A stretch of 64,000 nt of DNA from Candidatus Omnitrophota bacterium (GCA_903944345.1 CAJARJ010000019.1:7480-71479), one strand, 5' to 3'. Counted from the stretch's first letter, positions 31,931-40,168 are shown. Numbers and translations: made by a program. Notes: generated by a model from the sequence alone, not told the origin.

Positions 31931-32111
31931 GCTCTTTTAGGTTCCGCCTTAGGGCGGTACATGATCGCTTGGCTGTTATTAAAAGGTCAAGCGGCCTTTT
32001 TCGGAGTGATCCGCAAAAGGATATAAGCCCGGACATAGGGGCCGTTTCCGTTTCGTGTCTGTTTGGAACGAAACCCGGGCGTAACTTCTTTCAAACGCAG
32101 GTGACGCAACG

Positions 32112-32264
32112 ATGAGATGGGTAACAAACCGCAATGCTCAAAATCTTATTGAATATACCCTTGTCGTTGCCGTTGTTTCGGCTGCAGTTGTGGCCATGAG
32201 CACCTACGTGTTTCGCGCTGTTCAGGCGGCACAGAAAGAAATTATAAGGGAAGCCCAGGAATAG
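32112..32264 (+). CDS. flp: Flp-family pilin (50 aa)
   Basis: MRWVTNRNAQNLIEYTLVVAVVSAAVVAMSTYVFRAVQAAQKEIIREAQE: short basic leader, then EY at the Flp processing position and a hydrophobic helix. Below the ORF-track length cutoff. Confidence 0.7.
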   Translation: MRWVTNRNAQNLIEYTLVVAVVSAAVVAMSTYVFRAVQAAQKEIIREAQE

Positions 32265-32296
32265 TTTGTTCTCATCCGGATTTTTAAGGAGGATGT

Positions 32297-32503
32297 ATGA
32301 AGTTAAGGAATAAAAGAGGTCAAGGAACACTCGAGTATGTGATCTTGGTCACAGCAGTAATCGTTGTAGTTATTTATTTTCTTATGGGAACAGGTCAGGG
32401 GTCATTCCAGAACACAATGAATGGTGCATTAAACGAGGCCACTGAAGGAATGTCCACGATGTCCGGTCGTTTTGATGCGGCGTTTGCTCCTCCGGCCCCT
32501 TGA
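32297..32503 (+). CDS. flp: Flp-family pilin
   Basis: MKLRNKRGQGTLEYVILVTAVIVVVIYFLMG...; RBS AAGGAGG upstream. Confidence 0.85.
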   Translation: MKLRNKRGQGTLEYVILVTAVIVVVIYFLMGTGQGSFQNTMNGALNEATEGMSTMSGRFDAAFAPPAP

Positions 32504-32554
32504 GGTTGTGAAGAGTTGACAGAAAGAACAGAATGGCTCAACTGGAGGTAAATC

Positions 32555-32947
32555 ATGTTAAAGGTGTTAAGAAATAAAAAGGCTCAGAATACGGCGGAAT
32601 ACGCCATTCTGATCGCTTTGGTTGTTGGCGCTGTGGTCGCCATGCAGTCTTACGTTCAGCGCGGACTGCAGGCTAGAACACGAGGAACTTCATTGTATAT
32701 GAGAGACGAGATCTCAAATGCGATGAAAGCGGCCGATGCCAGTATGGCCGCCAGTATCGGTAATACCGGGCAGTACAATCCGTATTATCTGGATCAGCAG
32801 TATGAAACGACTCGCGATAGTGAAGAGACTGCAACTGCGGCTCCTTCCAATATCGTGTTGACGGGAACGTCAAATAAGTCTCGTGCTGCCGCCGGATATG
32901 ATGCGACTCTATATAATGGGGATGTAGGCGCAACGGGTCAGGATTAA
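32555..32947 (+). CDS. flp: Flp-family pilin with extended C-terminal domain
   Basis: MLKVLRNKKAQNTAEYAILIALVVGAVVAMQSYVQRGL...; paralog of the gene at 33522. Confidence 0.85.
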   Translation: MLKVLRNKKAQNTAEYAILIALVVGAVVAMQSYVQRGLQARTRGTSLYMRDEISNAMKAADASMAASIGNTGQYNPYYLDQQYETTRDSEETATAAPSNIVLTGTSNKSRAAAGYDATLYNGDVGATGQD

Positions 32948-32976
32948 AAAGCAGGTATTAAACAGGAGAGAAAATA

Positions 32977-33303
32977 ATGAGTATAAGAACAAAAAACAAT
33001 AAGGGACAAACGACCCTGGAGTATATCATCCTGATCGTTATTATCATTGCCGCCCTGTTGACTATACAAGGGTATCTCAAACGCGGCATTCAGGGGCGTC
33101 TGCGCAGTTCAGCGGACGATATTGGTGAGCAGTATGAATCGACAGCCACTAATCATACAAGAACAACGCGAGTTGCCTCTGTTACCAATGAGCGAACGAC
33201 ACAGGCCGGGGAATTCACCGGGTTTATTGGCCAGGAAAACAAGACAGTTGACGAATCTTATAACACGGCTAATGCAGAAATTGTGTACATGCCGGCGCCC
33301 TAA
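32977..33303 (+). CDS. flp: Flp-family pilin with extended C-terminal domain
   Basis: MSIRTKNNKGQTTLEYIILIVIIIAALLTIQGYLKRGIQGRLRSSADDIGEQYE...; paralog of the genes at 33916 and 35058. Confidence 0.85.
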   Translation: MSIRTKNNKGQTTLEYIILIVIIIAALLTIQGYLKRGIQGRLRSSADDIGEQYESTATNHTRTTRVASVTNERTTQAGEFTGFIGQENKTVDESYNTANAEIVYMPAP

Positions 33304-33318
33304 TCAGGAGAGAAACGC

Positions 33319-33501
33319 ATGAAAACAAACAAAGGTCAAAGTACTCTTGAATATGTACTGTTAGTGACAGCAGTTCTGGTGGTCATTATAGGTTGGGTGG
33401 CAGGGCCGGCATCTCCTTTCAAGCAGGCGGTCAACAATACCTTGTATGACGCATCAAATCAAATTGAGTCCATGTCCCAGCGCATTATGGCGGGGAAATA
33501 G
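33319..33501 (+). CDS. flp: Flp-family pilin
   Basis: MKTNKGQSTLEYVLLVTAVLVVIIGWVAGP...; paralog of the gene at 32297. Confidence 0.85.
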   Translation: MKTNKGQSTLEYVLLVTAVLVVIIGWVAGPASPFKQAVNNTLYDASNQIESMSQRIMAGK

Positions 33502-33521
33502 TTGTATAACGAGGAGGATCT

Positions 33522-33887
33522 ATGTTAAAAAGAACTCGCGATCGCAAAGGCCAGAATACGGCGGAATACGCGATCCTGATTGCGCTGGTTGTTGGAGCGG
33601 TTATTGCGATGCAGACTTACGTGCAGCGCGCCTTGAACGGACGGGTTTTTGATACGACCAAATATATGGCCGATAAAACCGCAGAAGTTACAGGAAACGG
33701 GTATCAGTATGAGCCGTATTATACAAATTCGGATTATCAGGTGGATAAAAACACTGGAGAAATCCGTAATCAGTATAATGCCGAGATTGGGATGTATTCG
33801 ACAGCTGAAACATTAAGAGCTGGTAATGAGGTGTCGGATTTTAACCGAGATGGCCTTACGGATTACGGTGACGTAGTTGTTCCGTAA
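33522..33887 (+). CDS. flp: Flp-family pilin with extended C-terminal domain
   Basis: MLKRTRDRKGQNTAEYAILIALVVGAVIAMQTYVQRAL...; paralog of the gene at 32555. Confidence 0.85.
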   Translation: MLKRTRDRKGQNTAEYAILIALVVGAVIAMQTYVQRALNGRVFDTTKYMADKTAEVTGNGYQYEPYYTNSDYQVDKNTGEIRNQYNAEIGMYSTAETLRAGNEVSDFNRDGLTDYGDVVVP

Positions 33888-33915
33888 TTTAATGGAAATT
33901 ATCAGGAGGCATTGC

Positions 33916-34245
33916 ATGAGAATCAATCTAAAAGGAAAAAACGGGCAAACAACCCTTGAGTACGCGATTTTGGTTATGATTATTATTGGCGCTTTGTTGA
34001 CGATTCAGGCCTACATCAAGCGCGGTATTCAGGGGCGGGTCAAAAGTTCGGCGGATGATATCGGCGAGCAATACGATCCGGGTAACACAAATTATGTTAA
34101 GGTAACTAATTCGATATCCAATACCCGCCAGACGTTTAATTCCGGTATTTCACGTTCGGAGTTAACGGCGGCGGATACGGTGGATGTTTCGACCTTCCAG
34201 GAGATAAGTAATCTGGAGTCGGGTGGTTATTGGGGAACACCGTAA
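33916..34245 (+). CDS. flp: Flp-family pilin with extended C-terminal domain
   Basis: From the internal ATG with RBS AGGAGG 6 nt upstream: MRINLKGKNGQTTLEYAILVMIIIGALLTIQAYIKRGIQGRVKSSADDIGEQYD... The track start at 33877 is probably too long. Confidence 0.82.
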   Translation: MRINLKGKNGQTTLEYAILVMIIIGALLTIQAYIKRGIQGRVKSSADDIGEQYDPGNTNYVKVTNSISNTRQTFNSGISRSELTAADTVDVSTFQEISNLESGGYWGTP

Positions 34246-34275
34246 TACGGTTTGGCTTTAGAGCCTTCAGGCTTT

Positions 34276-34318
34276 AAACATCAATGCCGGTTCCGTGACG
34301 GAACCGGCATTGATGTTT
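34276..34318 (+). repeat. Perfect 20-bp inverted repeat with 3-nt loop (hairpin or attenuator) inside the pilin array
   Basis: AAACATCAATGCCGGTTCCG-tga-CGGAACCGGCATTGATGTTT. A smaller hairpin AGCC-ttca-GGCT lies at 34262-34273. Located 30 nt after the stop of the 33916 pilin gene. Confidence 0.8.
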
Positions 34319-34330
34319 AGAAAGAAAAAT

Positions 34331-34681
34331 ATGATTAAGATGTTTCACGGACAACGCGGTCAGAGTGTGGCAACAGAATATGTTGTCATTTTTTTTCTGG
34401 CGATTGCCGCGGTGGCTGCAATGGCCATGTATGTCCGGCGCGCGTTTCAGGGGCGGGTTTATGATGCGAGAATGTATACAATGCAGAAAGCTGCCCAGGC
34501 TTTGGGAGAGTCGGTTCCTTTTGAGTATGAGCCATATTATGCCCAGACGGATAGCAATCTGGCCAAAAGAGCGGATGAAATGACGAGCATTAGTGGTGCT
34601 GAGGTTGTTCTGCGGACGTCTTTCGAAGCTACCACCACGAATAGTCATAGCGTGCAAAGGCAACCGGACAGAGGAATTTAG
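34331..34681 (+). CDS. Flp-like pilin, divergent (start uncertain)
   Basis: MIKMFHGQRGQSVATEYVVIFFLAIAAVAAMAMYVRRAFQGRVYDA...; G-x4-EY motif plus hydrophobic helix. Upstream in-frame ATGs at 34295 and 34313 lie inside the hairpin. Confidence 0.7.
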   Translation: MIKMFHGQRGQSVATEYVVIFFLAIAAVAAMAMYVRRAFQGRVYDARMYTMQKAAQALGESVPFEYEPYYAQTDSNLAKRADEMTSISGAEVVLRTSFEATTTNSHSVQRQPDRGI

Positions 34682-34707
34682 TCGAAATTGCTGTCGGGGG
34701 AAGCGAG

Positions 34708-35061
34708 ATGTTAAAAAAGAAACGTGCCCAGTCACTGGCTGAATACTCGATGTTAACCAGTATTATTGTGGCGGCTATTGTGGTTGTTTATCCGCTGGTC
34801 AAGCGCGGGCACCAGAGTTTGATTAAAGTGGTGGCTGATCAGGTTGGAAGCCAGAGGGATGCTGAGCAGGACTTTTCGCGAGGCTCTTCTTATCTGGCCT
34901 GTTCGGAAACTCGATATAACAGCCGCATTGGTGATGTAGTTCAGGAGGATGGGTACATAGACGGATCGGGAACTGCGCATTTTGCTTATATCCGAACTTA
35001 TGACCAGTCAACCAACAGTTCGAGTATTGAGATTACAAACATGGAGCATGATACGCAATGA
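34708..35061 (+). CDS. Flp-like pilin, divergent
   Basis: MLKKKRAQSLAEYSMLTSIIVAAIVVVYPLVKRGHQ... Confidence 0.72.
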   Translation: MLKKKRAQSLAEYSMLTSIIVAAIVVVYPLVKRGHQSLIKVVADQVGSQRDAEQDFSRGSSYLACSETRYNSRIGDVVQEDGYIDGSGTAHFAYIRTYDQSTNSSSIEITNMEHDTQ

Positions 35062-35390
35062 TCAGGCGCACAAATCAAGACGGACAGACAATTCTTGAGT
35101 ATTCGATCATCATGATTATTGTGATAGCTACTCTTATCACTATGCAGGGCTATATCAAGCGCGGCTTTCAGGGACGCTGGAAATCGGCAGTGGACGATCT
35201 TGGGGAGCAGTATGACCCCCGCGCGGTTTGCAGTACGATTGTTTATTCACAGTCCTCTAATTCAGTTGCCAGTGTTCGCGTGATGGATCATACATCCCAG
35301 AGTGGAATATCGGGCAAGTATACTATACGCAACGATCAGGTGCAGTCTTCAGAGACTAAAACCGGGACAACGGAAGTTCGCCGTCCCTAG
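35058..35390 (+). CDS. flp: Flp-family pilin with extended C-terminal domain
   Basis: MIRRTNQDGQTILEYSIIMIIVIATLITMQGYIKRGFQGRWKSAVDDLGEQYDP...; third member of the KGQTTLEY..KRGIQGR subfamily; ATGA overlap with the preceding gene. Confidence 0.85.
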   Translation: MIRRTNQDGQTILEYSIIMIIVIATLITMQGYIKRGFQGRWKSAVDDLGEQYDPRAVCSTIVYSQSSNSVASVRVMDHTSQSGISGKYTIRNDQVQSSETKTGTTEVRRP

Positions 35391-35402
35391 CGGAAAGATA
35401 TT

Positions 35403-36659
35403 ATGGGGGATGTTCGTAAAAGTTCAGACTGGCGCAAGGCTCAGGCGACCATTGAAATAGCAGCTTTTGGGGCTATTGTTATTTTTATTATTGGATTGAT
35501 TGTTCAGCAAGGATACAGTTCTACCCAACAGCAGAATATACAGCTACAGGCGCTAAGGATAGCGTTGCTAAAGTCTTATGAGAGTTCGCTGCAGGGCAGT
35601 TCGGCCCGTAATTCGGGGAGTTTTATGCTGATTGAGGATCGGCTTTCTCCGGCGGTGGGGAAATATGGCCCGCTGGATCGGCAGGTTTTTATGTCGAGTG
35701 GATCCGGTGTTATGAGCTATTTGTTGTTTCGTCCGATTGATTGGGAAGATTTGCCCAGAGACCTTCCGCTAACGGATGTTAGCGTTAACGGGCAGGATTT
35801 TGTTTTCAGAACAGCTGCTGCCGTCAAGTATACGATTAATCCAGGCTCAATTGTTGCCAATGATAGCATCACCATGCAATCGGGATCTGATCCTGATGCG
35901 GCCAGATTAAGCGAGGAAGGACTATGGGCCTGGCAGAGCATCGTCAAGTATAGCGAAGATTGGACCGGAAGTGCGGACTGTTCCAATATGCGCCGGAATG
36001 CAGCTAAAGAGAAGCCCTGTTCGGCTGCTGTGCAGGACAAGATTCCTTGGAAATGGAAAAAGGTTTCCTGGGGAGAGGCGGCTTCCGAGATTAATCTGGA
36101 TGACGGGGTTTACCCGAGTTACGATATTGATGGCGACCGTAGCGAAGAAACTCTTTACAAGATGAGCGGCAATACGGTATGGGTGATTGATTGGAACGCA
36201 GGTGATGTTGACAACAGTGCGGATGAATGGGAGTTTGCGGACGAAGAAGATATCCCCGGACTCAAAGACACAATGGAAATTGTCTCCATGCCGCTTTATC
36301 CCGGTGATCGTAACACATTGGAGATCAGGGAAAACGGAGCTTCCAGCCGAGCGACCAGCCTCAGCAGTAAAAGCCAGATGGATATTATTACCCGCAAGTT
36401 TGTGATGAATCCGCGCATGATCGGAGGAGGGACGCTTTGCTCAGGCGGCACACCTACCCAAGGATCAGTCGAAGCCTGCTGTCAGGGAGAGGGGTGTTGC
36501 TCTTCAGCTGACAATGCTTATAAAACCTGTTTTCAGTATGTTGACGGTTATGGCAGGAAGGTTCTTTATATTCGTAGCCGCATTCAAGATGAACGAAAGA
36601 GCGGATGGACGACTCCGGTGGTTCCGGCGGATATTGGAGATCGGACGATTTTCAAGTAA
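35403..36659 (+). CDS. TadE-like pseudopilin with a large Cys-containing C-terminal domain
   Basis: 418 aa; N-terminus KAQATIEIAAFGAIVIFIIGLIV resembles the TadE/TadF pseudopilin motif; 8 Cys including the cluster EACCQGEGCC. Confidence 0.65.
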   Translation: MGDVRKSSDWRKAQATIEIAAFGAIVIFIIGLIVQQGYSSTQQQNIQLQALRIALLKSYESSLQGSSARNSGSFMLIEDRLSPAVGKYGPLDRQVFMSSGSGVMSYLLFRPIDWEDLPRDLPLTDVSVNGQDFVFRTAAAVKYTINPGSIVANDSITMQSGSDPDAARLSEEGLWAWQSIVKYSEDWTGSADCSNMRRNAAKEKPCSAAVQDKIPWKWKKVSWGEAASEINLDDGVYPSYDIDGDRSEETLYKMSGNTVWVIDWNAGDVDNSADEWEFADEEDIPGLKDTMEIVSMPLYPGDRNTLEIRENGASSRATSLSSKSQMDIITRKFVMNPRMIGGGTLCSGGTPTQGSVEACCQGEGCCSSADNAYKTCFQYVDGYGRKVLYIRSRIQDERKSGWTTPVVPADIGDRTIFK

Positions 36660-36682
36660 GAGGTTCGTAAAGGGGAGCGGTT

Positions 36683-36925
36683 ATGCTGGATCATATTCCG
36701 AAATCAAACCATTCGTGCGTCGGGCAGAGCACTGTGGAGTTCTGTTTCGGACTTTTTATTGTGTTGTTGCTTTTTTTTGCCCTGGTTCAGGCTGTACGGT
36801 GGGTGGTTCTGGAGAAGATCGAGTTGCGAGTTGATTTTGAACGTTCCTTGCAGACAGGCAGTGGAGCGTATCAGCAGCTGAATCCGCACTTTCATCGATT
36901 GCGGCCTTTGGACATGGAATATTAG
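36683..36925 (+). CDS. TadE-like pseudopilin (80 aa)
   Basis: GQSTVEFCFGLFIVLLLFFALVQ TadE-type N-terminal motif. Confidence 0.65.
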   Translation: MLDHIPKSNHSCVGQSTVEFCFGLFIVLLLFFALVQAVRWVVLEKIELRVDFERSLQTGSGAYQQLNPHFHRLRPLDMEY

Positions 36926-36944
36926 CGGCGGCATTTAACCCCGG

Positions 36945-39773
36945 GTGGTTTGTTTTATGAAAAAAATAATGATGGATAACAGGGGGCAGATGGCGCTGTT
37001 GATGGTTTTGGTTGCTGCCATAGCGCTGGTGTGCCTGGCCATGACTCTGAATCTCACCCGGGTGGCGGCCACAAAAACGTTGACCATGATTGCAGCCCAT
37101 CAGGCATCTTCTTACACAGCTTCGCAAATGGCCAGCTATGCTCAGATGCAGAAAGAAACACAACTCGGAGGAAAGCAGAAAGTTTGTAAGAACACAGGAC
37201 TGCTGTCTTCTTTGTTGACATTTATTATTGTTCTGGTGATTGCGGTGATTGTGACGGTAGCTTCATATGGAACTGCGGGTCCTTCGATGTGGACTGTTGT
37301 TGCTGCGTGGGCAGCTGTAGCTATTTCGGCGGCCTCGGTGGTGTTGCAGGCTACGGTTATTCAGCCCGGATTGACCAAAATGTGGAATAAATTGCAGATG
37401 ACGATAGCAACGACGGAGGATCGTTTTCTGGAGATGGGACTGCAGGTGGCGCTTTCCGGAGCGGTGAGCGATAGTGAGCAAATTCCGGATTATTATGATT
37501 ATAATATGAACGGGGTGATATGGGATGGAGATATAAATTCTGATGAGCAGGATCAGATTTCCCGATTTTCTTATTACTACACGAAACATTTGCTGGATGC
37601 TTCGGCGGAATATGCTTCTTCAGGTGGCGTGGCCGGCATTAATCAGATGAAAACCATTTTAGGGGAGATTCGGGAGTCCTTTGGCCTTGAGATTGATCAT
37701 GGTTGTTGTGCAGACAAGGGGTATCACCCCGCTTTATGTAATCCATGTTGTGTCAGCAAGGAGTTGCGTCCGGGGTCCTGTCACCCGGAGATAGCTGATC
37801 CTGAGCTTTTTCCGGATGTCCCCTCCGAATGTATGGCTGGGGTCATGCCCTACTATCCGTTGAATTACGATCCTCTTTTTTGTAAGCGTATCCCTGATTC
37901 TTCCGTACCTGAGAGTGATCCCAAAAATAATACCATGGCTGCGGTGATGGGGATGGATGATGGAAATATGTCCATGACCAGGGTCTTTCCTAATCAGGCG
38001 TACTCAAGAGAAGCTTTGGACTCGATCAGAAACATGTTTCGTGGTGAGGATAGTGACGGCAAGCTGTTTCCGTTGTTATGGATGAATGCCGACGGCGCTC
38101 CTGAAACGTATAATCTTCGGGCCTCCGATATTACGGAGGCGTCGGCTAATTGTCATTGGTGTTCGGCGGATGGAGGGTTACCCAAGTGTGACAATGCGGG
38201 CAGTAATTATCATTATTGGAGAAATCCGTACACTGGGGCGGCTTTTACCCAGTTGGATCTGGGGGATCCGGTTTGTTCCGGGGACGGTTGCTGCGTTAAC
38301 AGACTTGTTCAGACAAGCGGTTCTTTACATGGCTTGCAAATGGACAAGGTTCAGGGTCTGGAAAGTGTCAGGAATTTCTCCGGACATGAAAGTTTTTTTG
38401 AAGAAGATCCTCCGGATGCAGATTGTCCCGGTAGTAGTGGTTTATGGCGCAAAGGATCAGACTTGTACTGTTCTTCGACCATTCCCTACTATGCCAATTG
38501 TTCCAAAGTTCAGGGCATGAGTTGTCAGGAAGAATATTCCGAAGATTCATGTGAGTGCAGTGAGTCCTTGAGGAAGGATATCTGGCGGGATGATGATCTG
38601 GATGATTTTACCGTCTGGCTGCGACAGGCGGCCACTTTAATTGATAGGTTTATGCAAACCAGCAGTCCGGCCTTGTTTGCCCAGATTGACGATTATTACG
38701 AAGACTTCACCAAACTTGTTGAAGAGTTGAGAGCCAAAAGAGGGCTCATGGAAGGTTGGCGGACGGGCTTTCAGCAGTGGCTGGATCGCACCGATTTCGC
38801 CGAAGGTGGTTTATGGTGCCTTCCAAATGATCCGAACACCTTGGCTATAGATGAGCGTGCCGCAGTGCTGGCTGCAGGACCATATGGTAGTGTTCAGTCT
38901 GTTGTTGCCTGCCTGGATTATAATAAAGATAATGCGGTTAAGCTGCAAACGTGTATTGACAATTCACAGACTTGTGCCAGCGGCCCGCGTCGCCTGGGTC
39001 CGGCCGGAGACCTGGAGTCGAACCAGAAGGCCGCCGTGAATGCCGATATCAAATTCCGCAAACGCTGGGAGTATTTAAGCGGGATTTATAATTTATCGGT
39101 CAGAGTACGCGACAGCCTGACCAGGGCTATTGATACGGTCGATGAATCCAGGTTGAACTCCTTGCTGTCCGCGCTGGAGAGTGTCAAGACGTCCTATGGA
39201 GCAGTCACGGGCAACAATTTTCTTATTTACGGCTGGAAAAGCGGGCAGGGAAAAGGCGGAAAATTGTGGCATGTGGTCAAGGCGGACTTATGGTTACCCA
39301 AGCGTTGTGATGGATTTGACTGTCGGGCTACACGTTTCCCATGGGTAAAAACTTATAAAAAGGGTTCTTTCAAGCGCTGTTACGAGTTATTTTCATATAA
39401 TGGTTGTGTGAAAACACTGGTTAAACGTTATGACGCTTCACCCAGAAGTCTTTATAATGAAAATGCCCAGTTTGGCAGTGGTTTGGCTGTATGGTTTCCT
39501 CGTAACAACAAAAACACAGGAAGCGCGACTATCAACGACGGACTGGATGAGTGTAATCAGGTTGAGTCAGGAGTGCCTTCAGGGGCTTTTATTCTTAGCA
39601 CACAGACCATGAGTTCAGCCCCAGCGGCTTGTCAGAATGCTCTGGCGGGAGCCCTCAGTTCTGCTACAACAGGAAGTGAGCTTTGTGCTGCTTATGAAAT
39701 GGTTGGCAGCGGTTATCAGGTAAGATTTCTGGACTGTAATCAGTGTGGCAGTGTAGATCCACATAATGACTAG
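36945..39773 (+). CDS. TadG-like large pseudopilin / putative pilus tip protein, cysteine-rich (942 aa, ~36 Cys)
   Basis: N-terminus NRGQMALLMVLVAAIALVCLAMTLNLTRVAATKTLTMIAAHQAS matches the TadG N-terminal pattern; remainder is rich in Cys clusters (GCCADKGYHPALCNPCC, CECSES, CNQCG). Confidence 0.7.
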   Translation: MVCFMKKIMMDNRGQMALLMVLVAAIALVCLAMTLNLTRVAATKTLTMIAAHQASSYTASQMASYAQMQKETQLGGKQKVCKNTGLLSSLLTFIIVLVIAVIVTVASYGTAGPSMWTVVAAWAAVAISAASVVLQATVIQPGLTKMWNKLQMTIATTEDRFLEMGLQVALSGAVSDSEQIPDYYDYNMNGVIWDGDINSDEQDQISRFSYYYTKHLLDASAEYASSGGVAGINQMKTILGEIRESFGLEIDHGCCADKGYHPALCNPCCVSKELRPGSCHPEIADPELFPDVPSECMAGVMPYYPLNYDPLFCKRIPDSSVPESDPKNNTMAAVMGMDDGNMSMTRVFPNQAYSREALDSIRNMFRGEDSDGKLFPLLWMNADGAPETYNLRASDITEASANCHWCSADGGLPKCDNAGSNYHYWRNPYTGAAFTQLDLGDPVCSGDGCCVNRLVQTSGSLHGLQMDKVQGLESVRNFSGHESFFEEDPPDADCPGSSGLWRKGSDLYCSSTIPYYANCSKVQGMSCQEEYSEDSCECSESLRKDIWRDDDLDDFTVWLRQAATLIDRFMQTSSPALFAQIDDYYEDFTKLVEELRAKRGLMEGWRTGFQQWLDRTDFAEGGLWCLPNDPNTLAIDERAAVLAAGPYGSVQSVVACLDYNKDNAVKLQTCIDNSQTCASGPRRLGPAGDLESNQKAAVNADIKFRKRWEYLSGIYNLSVRVRDSLTRAIDTVDESRLNSLLSALESVKTSYGAVTGNNFLIYGWKSGQGKGGKLWHVVKADLWLPKRCDGFDCRATRFPWVKTYKKGSFKRCYELFSYNGCVKTLVKRYDASPRSLYNENAQFGSGLAVWFPRNNKNTGSATINDGLDECNQVESGVPSGAFILSTQTMSSAPAACQNALAGALSSATTGSELCAAYEMVGSGYQVRFLDCNQCGSVDPHND

Positions 39774-39793
39774 TCTGAGAGAGGCGGTTTAAA

Positions 39794-40168
39794 TTGTTTA
39801 ACAGACGCGCCTATTCGGTTCTGGAATATCTTGTCATTTTTGTTGTTGTTATTGCCGCTTTGCTGGTTTTGGGGTCGTATATTCATAGTGCCATGCAGGG
39901 GCAATTTCGCACTGCGGGGGCGACAATGGCTGATCTTCGCCAGCATGAAACATCAAGTCAGGACTGCGCCTATGACGATCAGCTTGGGATATGGTATTCT
40001 GTTGCTTGTGTTGATAACGGCTGGGGCACGAATTGCCGTTATGCGGGTGTTGATAATGTCAATATGCGCGCGGAGTGTCGCAGCAACCCCTGTAATGGGC
40101 AATGTCCATTCTCCTGTTGTCAGGAAAATGTGAAACGTAGTTGTGCGATGCCTTGTGCTCCTTCCTGA
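39794..40168 (+). CDS. Pilin-like protein with a Cys-rich C-terminal module (14 Cys in 124 aa)
   Basis: SVLEYLVIFVVVIAALLVLGSYIHSAMQGQF pilin-like N-terminus, then CAYDD...CVDNGWGTNCRYAG...CRSNPCNGQCPFSCCQENVKRSCAMPCAPS. Confidence 0.7.
   Translation: MFNRRAYSVLEYLVIFVVVIAALLVLGSYIHSAMQGQFRTAGATMADLRQHETSSQDCAYDDQLGIWYSVACVDNGWGTNCRYAGVDNVNMRAECRSNPCNGQCPFSCCQENVKRSCAMPCAPS

Noticed and set aside
31940-32111. Sigma54 (-24 GG / -12 GC) promoter upstream of the pilin array
   Set aside because: TGGCTG at ~31970 is not followed by a TTGC element at the right spacing. No convincing RpoN site was found.
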